The translations under genes were made by a program, and so were the position numbers. Of a stretch of DNA of 64,000 bases, positions 54,430-64,000 are shown piece after piece. Each line of letters begins with the position of its first letter. Position 1 is the first letter of the stretch. Origin of the DNA: an uncultured Ruminiclostridium sp. GTDB lineage: Bacteria > Bacillota > Clostridia > Oscillospirales > Ruminococcaceae. Where the stretch lies: NCBI GenBank assembly GCA_964489095.1, contig CAZAXM010000005.1, positions 1,347 to 65,346 of the forward strand. Reading direction: 5' to 3'. The notes below the pieces were generated by a model. The model was not told the origin of the DNA. It made no database searches and worked only from the letters and a program-made list of their open reading frames with translations.

Positions 54430-55437
54430 ATGGAAGAAACAGCAAAAAAGCGCATTTTCAGCGCGATTCAGCCTACCAACACTCCTCATCTCGGAAATTA
54501 CCTCGGCGCTCTCGTGAATTGGATCAAATTACAGGACGAGTTCGACTGCGCATATGCAATTGCCGACCTCCACTCGATCACCGTTCGTCAGGACCCGCAG
54601 AAGCTCCGCAAGCAGATAATCGAGAGTTTTGCACTGCTGCTTGCGATGGGCGTTGACCCGAAGAAGTCGATCGCTTTTGTTCAGGGGCATAACCCCGCTC
54701 ACGCAGAGCTTTCCTGGGTGCTTTCCTGTTCCACGCAGTTCGGCGAGCTTTCGAGAATGACCCAGTTCAAGGATAAGAGCGAGAAGCACCCCGAAAACGT
54801 CAACGCGGGTCTTTTTACCTATCCCGTGCTTATGGCGGCGGATATTCTGCTCTATCAGGCTGACCTTGTTCCCGTAGGAGTTGACCAGAAGCAGCACCTG
54901 GAGCTTACGCGCAACATTGCGCAGAGATTCAACTCGGTTTACGGCGAAACCTTTGTAATGCCCGAACCGTATATTATTAAGACAACTGCTAAGATCATGT
55001 CGCTTCAGGATCCAGCTAAGAAGATGAGCAAGTCGGACGAAAATCCGAATGCGAGCATATCCGTCCTTGATGACCGTGACACTATTATCCGTAAGTTCAA
55101 GCGTGCGGTTACCGATAGCGACGCTGAGATTTGCTATAAAGAGGGTAAGGACGGAATCAACAATCTTATGTCGATTTATTCCGCTGTTACAGGTAAGGAG
55201 TTCGACGAAATCGAGCGCGAATTCAGCGGAAAGGGTTACGGCGATTTCAAGCTTGCTGTCGGCGAGGCAACAGCCGATATGTTAAAGCCGATGCAGGAGA
55301 ATTTCACGAGAATTATCGGCGATAAGGCTTATATCAACGATTGTATGCGCGATGGCGCGGAGAAGGCGTATAAGGCTTCCCGTAAGACCTTACAGAAGGT
55401 GTATAAAAAGGTTGGCTTTGTTGAGCTGCCGCGATGA
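54430..55437 (+). CDS. trpS: Tryptophan--tRNA ligase
   Basis: The HIGH-type motif is TPHLGNYLGA. GVDQKQHLELTR and KMSKS are also present. Confidence 0.95.
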   Translation: MEETAKKRIFSAIQPTNTPHLGNYLGALVNWIKLQDEFDCAYAIADLHSITVRQDPQKLRKQIIESFALLLAMGVDPKKSIAFVQGHNPAHAELSWVLSCSTQFGELSRMTQFKDKSEKHPENVNAGLFTYPVLMAADILLYQADLVPVGVDQKQHLELTRNIAQRFNSVYGETFVMPEPYIIKTTAKIMSLQDPAKKMSKSDENPNASISVLDDRDTIIRKFKRAVTDSDAEICYKEGKDGINNLMSIYSAVTGKEFDEIEREFSGKGYGDFKLAVGEATADMLKPMQENFTRIIGDKAYINDCMRDGAEKAYKASRKTLQKVYKKVGFVELPR

Positions 55438-56215
55438 AAAAACGAACTAAGCTTGTGGTTGCGGCGGTGGCTGTCATTGCCGCAGCAGCCTGCTGCCCGC
55501 TTTTGAAAACCGTTGATTACAGCGTAAGCGCGGGAACGGGCGGAAGAGTGAAAATCGCTTTTTTGTCGGACATTCACGCAAGCTTTTACGGAAATGGACA
55601 AAGCGAGCTGGTTGAAGAAGTGAAAAAGGCGGGGACGGATATTGTTATATTCGGCGGCGACCTCTTTGATGAACAGCAGAGCGAGGAAAACTCGTGGGCG
55701 CTCGTTGACGCGTTGGCGGGGGAGTACCCTTGCTTTTACGCGGTCGGAAATCACGAGTTCAGAAACGGTAAAGCCGGCTATTACAAGGAAGAGATGGCGC
55801 AGCGCGGCGTAATCGTTCTTTCGGGTGGTTCGCAGGCTGTTGAAATAAACGGGAGAAGTCTGCGTATTTTCGGCGCGGACGGTATTGAACAGGCGTTGTC
55901 GCTTAAAGGCGAGGCAGACCCGAACGAATACAATATCCTTGTTTATCACTACCCGACAGCCTTTCCAAAGCTTTCCGACAGCTTTGACCTTATTCTTTCG
56001 GGGCACGCTCACGGCGGGCAGTGGCGGATCCCGTGGCTGATAAACGGACTTTATTCGCCCGACGAGGGGCTGTTTCCAAGTATGCGGGCGGAAGATATGA
56101 CGAAAATGGTTCGGTTATGATAGTCAGCAGGGGACTTTACCGTCACTTGTTCAATCTTGTTGTTCCGAGAATATTCAACCGCCCCGAACTGGTTTTTATA
56201 ACGCTGGAGGAGTGA
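55434..56215 (+). pseudogene. YkuE-like membrane-anchored metallophosphoesterase, interrupted by a 1-nt frameshift near 56078
   Basis: Frame 1 carries LSDIHAS, GGDLFD, GNHE and GHAHGGQ, then stops after 15 unrelated codons. The family-typical C-terminus (KYAGGRYDENGSVMIVSRGL...PELVFITLEE) continues in the -1 frame to 56215. Confidence 0.75.
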
Positions 56216-56219
56216 TGAA

Positions 56220-57071
56220 ATGCTGCGCATTGTCGCGCTGATCGAAAATACAAGCGCAACCGAGCGGCTTAAAGCGGAGCATGGCTTTTCGCTTTACGTC
56301 GAAAACGGCGGCGAGAAATACCTGATAGACACGGGTGCTTCCGACAAGCTTATTACTAATGCAAAAAGAATGAGGATACCGCTCGAAACGGTTGATAATA
56401 TACTTATTACACATAACCATTCCGCTCATACGGGCGGGCTTGAAGCGCTTTTCAAGCTGAATCCGAACGCGCTTGCCTATGCGAGAAAGGCTGCGAACGA
56501 CGAATTTTACGTCAAGTACGGGCTGCTGCGCGTTCCGTCCGGGCATATCTCCGAGCTTTACGAGGAAATGCCCGAACGATTTGTGTTTTATAACAGTTTT
56601 CAGCAGTTGGGCGACGGCTTTTTCGCTATGTGCAACGAAGTTCCCGATTATACCATGTACTGCGAGGACAACCGCCTTTTCAGAAAGGACGGGCGTAAGC
56701 TTACCCATGATGATTTTTCGCATGAGGCTTTTTTTGTCATTTTTCCCGACGGAAAAAGGGACGGCGGCTGCGTGGTCGTTACAGGCTGCGCTCACTGCGG
56801 GATTGTGAACGTGCTTAAAACGGTGAGGATGAGATTTCCCGATTCGCCGATCCTGTCGGTTGTCGGCGGATTTCATATGATGGGCAGCAGCGAAAAGTCG
56901 CTTTGCTGCACACCCGAATATATTGATAAGACAGTGAACGAAATTATGGCGATCGAAACAGGCGCGCTTTATACCTGCCATTGCACGGGGCTTACGGGGT
57001 ATGGGATAATGAAGTCGCGTCTTGGCGATCGTATACAGTATCTTCAGACGGGAGAGGAGCTTGAGTTTTAA
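56220..57071 (+). CDS. MBL-fold metallo-hydrolase
   Basis: ITHNHSAHTGG is a variant HxHxDH motif, and a later TGCAHCG is present. The protein is 283 aa. Confidence 0.75.
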   Translation: MLRIVALIENTSATERLKAEHGFSLYVENGGEKYLIDTGASDKLITNAKRMRIPLETVDNILITHNHSAHTGGLEALFKLNPNALAYARKAANDEFYVKYGLLRVPSGHISELYEEMPERFVFYNSFQQLGDGFFAMCNEVPDYTMYCEDNRLFRKDGRKLTHDDFSHEAFFVIFPDGKRDGGCVVVTGCAHCGIVNVLKTVRMRFPDSPILSVVGGFHMMGSSEKSLCCTPEYIDKTVNEIMAIETGALYTCHCTGLTGYGIMKSRLGDRIQYLQTGEELEF

Positions 57072-57691
57072 TGAATGTTTTTGTGACAGGCTGCGGAAAA
57101 ATCGGCGCAGAGCTGGCTTCACGGCTTCACGATATGGGACACGATGTTATTGTTATAGATACGGCTGAGTCGAACTTCGATAATCTCCCCGACCGCTTCG
57201 GCGGGCTTACGTTCTGCGGGATTTCGATTGATGAGGACGTACTTGTAAAGGCTGGTGTGCGCAACTGCGACGTGCTGTTTGCCGCGTCGCGGGACGACAA
57301 CCTGAACCTTATGACCGCGCAGCTGGCTAAAACGGTTTTCGGTATTCCGAAAGTGATCGTGCGGGTCAGCGACAGCGAAAAGGAGAGTATTTTCTGCACA
57401 ACGGGTATAACTACCGTCTGCCCGACAAATCTTACGGTAGATTCGCTTCTGTCGGCATTTGAGGGGTATCAGAACGAGGAATATTTCCGTATTGATAACC
57501 ATGCGCTGAGAATGTTCAAGATTCCCGTTCCGCCGGAGCTTTACGGAAAGCGCGCGCTTGAAATAACGCTTGATGACGGGGAGATTTTGTACGCTATGAT
57601 TGCCGCGGACGGACGTATGAGGCTTGTGAATAACTACAATTTCGTGCTGAACGAGGGAGAAACTATGGTGTTCTCGAAGCTGATTGACTGA
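57071..57691 (+). CDS. TrkA/KtrA-like K+ transport regulatory subunit (RCK N + C domains)
   Basis: The Rossmann motif is VTGCGKIGAELA. The size and a C-terminal RCK_C-like region fit the family. Its start overlaps the upstream stop (TAATG). Confidence 0.8.
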   Translation: MNVFVTGCGKIGAELASRLHDMGHDVIVIDTAESNFDNLPDRFGGLTFCGISIDEDVLVKAGVRNCDVLFAASRDDNLNLMTAQLAKTVFGIPKVIVRVSDSEKESIFCTTGITTVCPTNLTVDSLLSAFEGYQNEEYFRIDNHALRMFKIPVPPELYGKRALEITLDDGEILYAMIAADGRMRLVNNYNFVLNEGETMVFSKLID

Positions 57692-57703
57692 CGTGGAGGG
57701 ACT

Positions 57704-58378
57704 ATGGGAAAGAAAATGATAATCGTAGGCGGCGGACGGGTAGGCTACTACCTTACACGCGCGCTTCTCGAACGGAACAGGGAAATTGTTCTGATTGAGA
57801 ATAACAAGGAGATCTGTAAGGAGGTCGCGAACACGCTTGACGTTCCCGTTGTCTGGGGGGACGGAAGCTCCGCGGGCGTTCTCGAACGAGCGGGAATACG
57901 CGACGCAAGCTCGTTTATTGCGGTTACAGGGCGCGACGAGGTGAATTTAATCGCCTGCCAGACCGTTAAAATGCTTTACGGTACGCCGAAAACGCTTGCT
58001 AAGGCGAACAACCCGAAGAATGTCGAAAATATGAAGAGGCTTGGGGTGGATATTGTAATTTCCGCAACGGAAAGCATTATCCGCCTGCTTGAACGCGAGG
58101 TTGACCACAGCACGATAAAGGAGCTTATTCCGCTTAATAACGGAAAGGCGGCGGTTTATCAGATTGACCTGCCGGAGGATTTTGCGTTTTCAGGGCGCGA
58201 ACTTCAGTCAATTGTGCTTCCCGACAGCTGTAACATTGTTTCGATAACGCGCGAGGAGGAGCTTATAATCCCGCGTGGTAAAACGAAGCTGATGGCGGGT
58301 GATAAGCTTCTTATCGTTTCAACGGTAGAATCAAGCGGAGATGTAAGGCGTGCGCTTAAATTAAAAAAGGTGATGTAG
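57704..58378 (+). CDS. TrkA/KtrA-like K+ transport regulatory subunit (RCK N + C domains)
   Basis: The Rossmann motif is IVGGGRVGYYLTRAL, and the RCK_C-like C-terminus reads GDKLLIVS. Confidence 0.8.
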   Translation: MGKKMIIVGGGRVGYYLTRALLERNREIVLIENNKEICKEVANTLDVPVVWGDGSSAGVLERAGIRDASSFIAVTGRDEVNLIACQTVKMLYGTPKTLAKANNPKNVENMKRLGVDIVISATESIIRLLEREVDHSTIKELIPLNNGKAAVYQIDLPEDFAFSGRELQSIVLPDSCNIVSITREEELIIPRGKTKLMAGDKLLIVSTVESSGDVRRALKLKKVM

Positions 58379-58463
58379 CGCGGCGCAATATGATAAAAAT
58401 TGATAAAACAGACGAAAAACGGGTAATAATTTTGTTCAATCGTCTATAATACTTAAAAACCCC

Positions 58464-58492
58464 TTGAAATTTTCGGGGGTTTAGGGTATAAT
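58464..58492 (+). promoter_or_regulatory. Sigma-A promoter of glgP
   Basis: TTGAAA (58464-58469) and TATAAT (58487-58492) are separated by 17 nt. The spacer can pair with upstream AAAACCCC. Confidence 0.55.
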
Positions 58493-58535
58493 ATGTTTGT
58501 TTAATTGTAATTTGTAAGAAGGGTAGGATAAAAAG

Positions 58536-60932
58536 ATGACTTCACCTTTTACCGCTGAAGAACTCAGCAAGAAGCTCAAGGATAACCTTGAGTATAATTT
58601 CCGCATAAACCCTGCGGAAGCTACAAGCACGCAGATTTATAAGGCTCTTTCCAATATCGTTGTTGACCACCTTAAAGAAAAGCGCCATAAGTTTATGACT
58701 AAGTGCAACTCCGAGGGAAAGAAGCAGGTTTACTACATTTCTATGGAGTTCCTTATGGGACGTTCGCTTAAAACCTCCCTGTTTAACCTTGGCCTTAACG
58801 AGGTTGCGGAAAATGTTATAAAGAAGGACTACGACCTTAAAATTGATACCGTTTACGATGAAGAACCTGACGCAGGTCTTGGTAACGGCGGTCTTGGTCG
58901 TCTTGCAGCTTGCTATATGGACGGTATGGCAACCTGCGCATATCCTGCTACGGGCTACTCGCTCCTTTATGAATATGGTATCTTTAAGCAGAAGATCATG
59001 GACGGCTGGCAGACGGAGCTTCCCGACAACTGGCTTCCCGGCGGCGAATCCTGGCTTATGGCTGTTCCCGATCAGGCTATTGAGGTTCATTTCGACGGCG
59101 AGATCCGCGAATACTGGGACAACGAATACCACCATATTTCTCATGTAAACTACACACCCGTTATGGCTGTGCCTTATGATATGTACGTTTCCGGCTACGA
59201 CAGCGAGGGCGTTTCAAAGCTCCGTCTTTGGAGCGCGCAGAGTATGTCGTTCGATATGAGCGCGTTCAACGCGGGCGACTACGCAAGCGCACTCGGTGCA
59301 AATAATATTGCACACGCGCTTACAAAGGTTCTTTACCCGAACGATAACCACCTTGAGGGTAAGGCTCTCCGTCTGCGCCAGCAGTACTTTATGTGTGCGG
59401 CTTCTATCGGCGATATCGTTATGCGCCACATGAACGTTTACGGTACGCTTGACAACCTCCACGATAAGGTTGCTATCCAGATCAACGATACTCACCCGAC
59501 TCTCGCAATTCCCGAACTTATGCGTATACTGCTCGACGACTGCGGTTACAGCTGGTCGAAATCGTGGCATATCGTTACGAATACATTCGCTTACACAAAC
59601 CATACCGTTCTCGCAGAAGCGCTTGAAAAGTGGGATAAGGATCTTATTCAGCGCGTTCTTCCGAGAATTTATACCATTATCTGCGAAATCAACCGCCGCT
59701 ACTGCGAGGGACTTTCCAACCGCCTGCCTTATGAGAAGGTTGAGAGAATGTCCATTTTCAATAACAACGTAATCAAGATGGCAAACATCTGCGTTGACGC
59801 TTCACACTCTGTAAACGGCGTTTCCAAGCTCCACAGCGAAATCATCAAGGACAGCGTTTTCCGTGACGAATACGAGGATAAGCCGACTAAGTTCAAGAAT
59901 GTTACAAATGGTATCGCGTACCGCCGCTGGCTTCTCCAGTCCAACCCGCGCCTTACAAGCCTGCTTTCCGAGTGCATCGGTGAAGGTTTCAAGAAGAACG
60001 CACAGGAGCTTTCACGCCTGAGAATGTTCGATAACGATGAGAGCGTTCTCCGCAAGCTTTCTGCTATCAAGCGTGAGAATAAGGCTGATTTTGCAAAGTA
60101 TGTGTACAACACGACCGGTACGAAGCTTAATCTCGACAGTATTTTTGACGTTCAGGTAAAGCGTCTGCACGAGTACAAGCGTCAGCAGCTCAACGCCCTG
60201 AACATTATTTCCGAGTACAACTACCTTATTAACAACCCCGACGCGGATTTTGTTCCGAAAACTTACATTTTCGCTTCAAAGGCTGCTCCCGGATACTATA
60301 TGGCAAAGCAGATCATCAAGCTTATCTGGTGCATCGGCGAGGAGCTTAAGAAGAACCCGAAGCTTAACGAAAAGCTTGCAGTCGTATTCCTTGAGGACTA
60401 CCGCGTAACGCTTTCCGAAATGCTTATGCCTGCCAGCGAGATTTCCGAACAGATTTCTCTTGCGGGTACGGAAGCAAGCGGTACGGGCAATATGAAGCTT
60501 ATGCTTAATGGCGCGATCACTATGGGAACATACGACGGCGCGAACGTTGAAATCCACGAGCAGGTCGGCGATGATAATATCTTCATTTTCGGTATGTCAA
60601 CGCCCGAAGTGAATGTTATGAAGCGGAACGGATATCTGCCTGAAGGTCATTACAGCCACAACGACGTTATCCGCGGCGCGATCGATGCAATGTACAAGGG
60701 CTTCAACGGCGCGAAGTTTGACGAGGTTGCAAACGCTATCCGCTATGTTGACCAGTATATGTGCCTTGCTGACTTCGAGAGCTACCGTGCAACTCAGGCT
60801 AAGGCGAGCGAAACCTACCGCGATATTATTAAGTGGAACAAAATGTCGCTTGCGAATATCGCAGGGGCGGGTATTTTCTCCGCAGACCGCGCTGTTACCG
60901 ATTATGCGCGCGACATCTGGCACATTTTATAA
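58536..60932 (+). CDS. glgP: Glycogen/maltodextrin phosphorylase
   Basis: EPDAGLGNGGLGRLAAC and the PLP-Lys motif EASGTGNMKLMLNGA are present in a 798-aa protein. Confidence 0.95.
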   Translation: MTSPFTAEELSKKLKDNLEYNFRINPAEATSTQIYKALSNIVVDHLKEKRHKFMTKCNSEGKKQVYYISMEFLMGRSLKTSLFNLGLNEVAENVIKKDYDLKIDTVYDEEPDAGLGNGGLGRLAACYMDGMATCAYPATGYSLLYEYGIFKQKIMDGWQTELPDNWLPGGESWLMAVPDQAIEVHFDGEIREYWDNEYHHISHVNYTPVMAVPYDMYVSGYDSEGVSKLRLWSAQSMSFDMSAFNAGDYASALGANNIAHALTKVLYPNDNHLEGKALRLRQQYFMCAASIGDIVMRHMNVYGTLDNLHDKVAIQINDTHPTLAIPELMRILLDDCGYSWSKSWHIVTNTFAYTNHTVLAEALEKWDKDLIQRVLPRIYTIICEINRRYCEGLSNRLPYEKVERMSIFNNNVIKMANICVDASHSVNGVSKLHSEIIKDSVFRDEYEDKPTKFKNVTNGIAYRRWLLQSNPRLTSLLSECIGEGFKKNAQELSRLRMFDNDESVLRKLSAIKRENKADFAKYVYNTTGTKLNLDSIFDVQVKRLHEYKRQQLNALNIISEYNYLINNPDADFVPKTYIFASKAAPGYYMAKQIIKLIWCIGEELKKNPKLNEKLAVVFLEDYRVTLSEMLMPASEISEQISLAGTEASGTGNMKLMLNGAITMGTYDGANVEIHEQVGDDNIFIFGMSTPEVNVMKRNGYLPEGHYSHNDVIRGAIDAMYKGFNGAKFDEVANAIRYVDQYMCLADFESYRATQAKASETYRDIIKWNKMSLANIAGAGIFSADRAVTDYARDIWHIL

Positions 60933-60947
60933 TTACACAACGGCAAC

Positions 60948-60977
60948 AGGGCGCAGCTGCGCCCTTTCGCTGTTTTT
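60948..60977 (+). terminator. Rho-independent terminator
   Basis: AGGGCGC-AGCT-GCGCCCT is followed by TTCGCTGTTTTT. Confidence 0.6.
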
Positions 60978-60997
60978 CTGAAAGGAACGGAAAACCT

Positions 60998-62866
60998 ATG
61001 CTACCCATTTATGACGCTTTCAGCGAATCCTATAAAAAGCCGTTCGGCGCAGTCGAGTGCGGAACGGAAATCGAGTTTAAGCTGCGCTTTCCGCTTGACG
61101 CGCTGGTCGAGGAGGTTACGCTTGTTTCCTACCGCCCCGGTTTTAAGGAGCGCTTTATCCGCCTTGAGATTTGCGAATCCACCGACAGTACAAAAACGTT
61201 CAGCTGTAAGTACGCGCCCGACGACAAGGGACTGCACTACTACTACTTTTCGCTTTTGCTCAACCATAACCGCCACTACGTCAAGAAGAGCGGCGCAAGC
61301 CTCGGCGTGATCGACAACGGAGAGCTTTTCCAGCTCACCGTTTACGAAAAGGGAATGACTACGCCCGACTGGCTCAAGGGCGGGGTTATGTATCAGATTT
61401 TCCCCGACCGTTTTGCGAAAAGCGGCGTTTATCATAACAATGTTCCCGCTGATCGTCAGCTTCACACTGAATGGTCGGAAACGCCTGTCTGGAAGCCCGA
61501 CAGCCGCGGTCAGATCACTAACAACGACTATTTTGGCGGTGATTTAAAGGGAATTGAACAGCAGCTTCCGTATCTCGAATCGCTCGGAGTAACCGTGATT
61601 TATCTGAACCCGATTTTCGAGTCACACGAGAACCATCGCTATTGCACGGCTGATTATTCAAAAATCGACCCGCTGCTCGGTACAGAGGCGGATTTTGTAA
61701 GCCTTTGCAACGCGGCTTCGGAACGTGGTATAAGGATAATCCTCGACGGCGTTTTTTCGCATACGGGTGCGGACTCTGTTTATTTCAACAAGTTCGGCAG
61801 ATACGGTGACAACACGGGTGCGTATCGTGACGCGAACAGCCCGTACCGTGAATGGTACAGCTTCTCGAATTACCCGAACACTTATGAGTCGTGGTGGGGA
61901 ATTACAACCCTTCCGAATGTCAACGAAAATAACTCCGCGTACACGAATTATATTTGCGGCGAGGGCGGTATTTTGCAGAAATGGCTCGACCTCGGAGCGA
62001 GCGGCTGGCGGCTTGACGTTGCCGACGAGCTGCCTGACGAGTTTATTGATAATCTCAACAAGGCGGTAAAGGCGAAGGGCGATGATAAGGTTATTTACGG
62101 CGAGGTCTGGGAGGACGCGACAAATAAGGAAAGCTACGGCGTGCGCAGGCGCTACCTTATCGGCGGTCAGCTTGACAGCGTTATGAACTATCCTTTCAAG
62201 GAGGCTATCCTCAACTATGTCAAGAACGGCAACCCGCAGGAGCTTACCGAGGGAGTTATGACAATTGTCGAACATTATCCGAAGCCCTGCACTGATATAT
62301 TGATGAACTTCCTTTCTACGCATGACACAGAGCGCGCAATAACGCGGCTTGCGGGCGAGGAGGTAGGCTGGAATGGACGTGAATGGCAGGCGGAACGTTA
62401 TCTTTCCGATGAGCAGTTCGTTTTCGGGATCTCGCTTATGCGCTGCGCTATGGTGCTTCAGTTCTTCCTGCCCGGTGTTCCGTGCATTTATTACGCGGAC
62501 GAGGCGGGTCAGGAGGGCTATAAGGACCCGTTCAACCGCCGCACCTACCCCTGGGGAAGTGAGGACGAGCGTCTGATCGATTTCACCAAAATGCTCGGTA
62601 AGCTTCGCAGAAGCGTAAAGGCGTTTGCAAAGGGCGATTTGCATTTTCTTGAGGTTACAAAGGAATATGCGGTGTTCAGCAGAACGGATCGTGAATTGGG
62701 CGAGCAGGCGGTTGTTATAATGAACCGTTCGAGAAGGGTGATCGAGCGGCAGCTCGACTGTCTTACAGAATATCCGAACGCTGAGATTTTACACGGAACA
62801 GCGCGCGGCGACGGTAAGGTCAGAGTATCGCCGTTTGATTTCGGACTTATTGTTTCAAGGAAGTAA
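60998..62866 (+). CDS. GH13 alpha-glycosidase (neopullulanase/cyclomaltodextrinase/maltodextrin glucosidase-like)
   Basis: GH13 regions I-IV are DGVFSHTG, GWRLDVADEL, YGEVWE and FLSTHDTER. An N-terminal beta-domain is present. The start at 60998 has AAAGGAA upstream; the upstream part of the track ORF overlaps glgP. Confidence 0.88.
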   Translation: MLPIYDAFSESYKKPFGAVECGTEIEFKLRFPLDALVEEVTLVSYRPGFKERFIRLEICESTDSTKTFSCKYAPDDKGLHYYYFSLLLNHNRHYVKKSGASLGVIDNGELFQLTVYEKGMTTPDWLKGGVMYQIFPDRFAKSGVYHNNVPADRQLHTEWSETPVWKPDSRGQITNNDYFGGDLKGIEQQLPYLESLGVTVIYLNPIFESHENHRYCTADYSKIDPLLGTEADFVSLCNAASERGIRIILDGVFSHTGADSVYFNKFGRYGDNTGAYRDANSPYREWYSFSNYPNTYESWWGITTLPNVNENNSAYTNYICGEGGILQKWLDLGASGWRLDVADELPDEFIDNLNKAVKAKGDDKVIYGEVWEDATNKESYGVRRRYLIGGQLDSVMNYPFKEAILNYVKNGNPQELTEGVMTIVEHYPKPCTDILMNFLSTHDTERAITRLAGEEVGWNGREWQAERYLSDEQFVFGISLMRCAMVLQFFLPGVPCIYYADEAGQEGYKDPFNRRTYPWGSEDERLIDFTKMLGKLRRSVKAFAKGDLHFLEVTKEYAVFSRTDRELGEQAVVIMNRSRRVIERQLDCLTEYPNAEILHGTARGDGKVRVSPFDFGLIVSRK

Positions 62867-62880
62867 TGGAGGATTTTACG

Positions 62881-64000
62881 ATGGCTGAGGTTGTTACAAG
62901 ATTTGCGCCAAGTCCCACGGGCTTTATGCACATAGGAAATTTGAGGACCGCGCTTTATTCATATCTTATCGCAAAGGCAAACGGGGGTAAATTTATTCTC
63001 CGTATCGAGGATACCGACCAGGAACGCCTTGTCGAGGGCGCAGTTGACGTTATTTACAGCACTCTTGAAATGACGGGACTTAAGTACGACGAAGGACCCG
63101 ACATCGGCGGCGAAAACGGTCCTTATATTCAGAGCGAGCGCAAGGATATTTATATGAAATACGCGAAGGAGCTTGTTGAAAAGGGCTATGCTTACTATTG
63201 CTTCTGCACTAAGGAAAGGCTTGAAAAGCTTCACGAGGACGGCGAAGTCGGCGCGGGCTATGACCGCCACTGCCGCGACCTGTCCAAGGAGGAGATCGAG
63301 CGCAACCTGGCGGCGGGTGTGCCGTTTGTGATCCGTCAGAAGATGCCGCTTGAAGGCAGCACAGGCTATGATGACGTTGTTTTTGGGCATATTGAAATAG
63401 AAAACAGCGAAATGCAGGATCAGATCCTTATGAAGGCGGACGGCTTCCCGACATATAATTTCTGCCACGTTGTTGACGACCATCTGATGGGCGTAACTCA
63501 TGTTGTACGCGGCTGCGAGTACCTTACTTCAACACCGAAATACGTCCTTCTCTATGACGCATTCGGCTGGGAAAGACCCGTCTACTGCCACCTGCCCCTG
63601 CTTATGGGCAAGAACGAGGACGGTTCGACAAGCAAGCTTTCCAAGCGCCACGGTTCGGTAAGCTTTCAGGAGCTTGTTAAAAACGGCTATCTCCCGCAGG
63701 CGATCATAAACTACATGGCGTTTACGGGCTGGTGTCCGAAAGACACCAACGAGGAATTTTTCACGCTTGCGGAGCTTGAAAAGGCGTTTTCGATTGAGGG
63801 GATAAGCAAATCTCCCGCCGTTTTCGATTACGAGAAGCTGCTTTGGTTCAACAGCCACTATATAAAGGAGCTGTCCGAGGAGCAGTTTATTGAAATGGCA
63901 AAGCCGTATTACAGCGATGAACTTAAAGCGTTCGCGGACGACCCGCGCGTTGCGAAAATGGTTCAGAGCAGAGTTTCTACTCTGCCTGAGGTGAACGAGA
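62881..64000 (+). CDS. gltX: Glutamate--tRNA ligase (5' part; runs off the right edge)
   Basis: This ORF is not in the track because it is open at the window edge. It reads MAEVVTRFAPSPTGFMHIGNLRTALYSYL...ILRIEDTDQERL...KLSKRHG. GGAGG lies 8 nt upstream of ATG 62881. Confidence 0.92.
   Translation, partial: MAEVVTRFAPSPTGFMHIGNLRTALYSYLIAKANGGKFILRIEDTDQERLVEGAVDVIYSTLEMTGLKYDEGPDIGGENGPYIQSERKDIYMKYAKELVEKGYAYYCFCTKERLEKLHEDGEVGAGYDRHCRDLSKEEIERNLAAGVPFVIRQKMPLEGSTGYDDVVFGHIEIENSEMQDQILMKADGFPTYNFCHVVDDHLMGVTHVVRGCEYLTSTPKYVLLYDAFGWERPVYCHLPLLMGKNEDGSTSKLSKRHGSVSFQELVKNGYLPQAIINYMAFTGWCPKDTNEEFFTLAELEKAFSIEGISKSPAVFDYEKLLWFNSHYIKELSEEQFIEMAKPYYSDELKAFADDPRVAKMVQSRVSTLPEVNE

Overview
This window looks like a chromosomal segment of an endospore-forming Firmicute of class Clostridia. 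The proteins look Oscillospiraceae/Ruminococcaceae-like, but the taxon cannot be proven from this window alone. It is densely coded and mostly housekeeping.

**Left third (1-18.5 kb, almost all minus strand).** It holds an EAL phosphodiesterase (partial), udp, spoIVB (plus strand), tgt, an orphan sugar-type solute-binding lipoprotein, a MATE exporter, apgM, an RluA-type pseudouridine synthase, ddl, a MurF-like ligase with a membrane N-terminus, and three small acidic proteins.

**Middle (18.7-29.6 kb).** It holds a CIRCE-controlled groES-groEL, a class A PBP, dagK, spmA-spmB and an EpsG-type polymerase.

**29.9-41.7 kb (plus strand).** This block is collinear with the Bacillus subtilis remA-gmk-priA-def-fmt-rsmB-rlmN-prpC-prkC-rsgA block, but rpoZ and coaBC are absent. 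Collinearity stops at the rsgA terminator.

**Accessory patch (41.8-46.2 kb), the only clear one.** It contains two tiny ORFs, a prophage packaging-module remnant (mini TerS-like, TerL, portal) and a multiply damaged IS30-family element. The 3' end of the IS30 transposase gene is split by two tandem 207-bp structured units.

**Right part (46.3-64 kb, almost all plus strand; comFB is minus).** It holds a split TSUP transporter, an alanine:cation symporter with a large loop insertion, a c-di-GMP neighbourhood (degenerate-GGDEF/EAL sensor, coupled unknown ORF, ComFB), an aminotransferase, trpS, a frameshifted phosphoesterase, an MBL hydrolase, two TrkA/KtrA-like genes, glgP, a GH13 enzyme and gltX (partial).

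**Regulatory signals.** Many textbook sigma-A promoters (TTGAxx-17 bp-TATAAT) and hairpin terminators are readable.

**Novel systems.** I found no complete, recognisable defence or other novel multi-gene system. The most unusual item is the 207-bp repeat array inside the IS30 remnant. The other findings are domain-level oddities, structured GC-rich intergenic islands and decay scars. All calls rest on reading the sequence and remembered family signatures; no searches were run.
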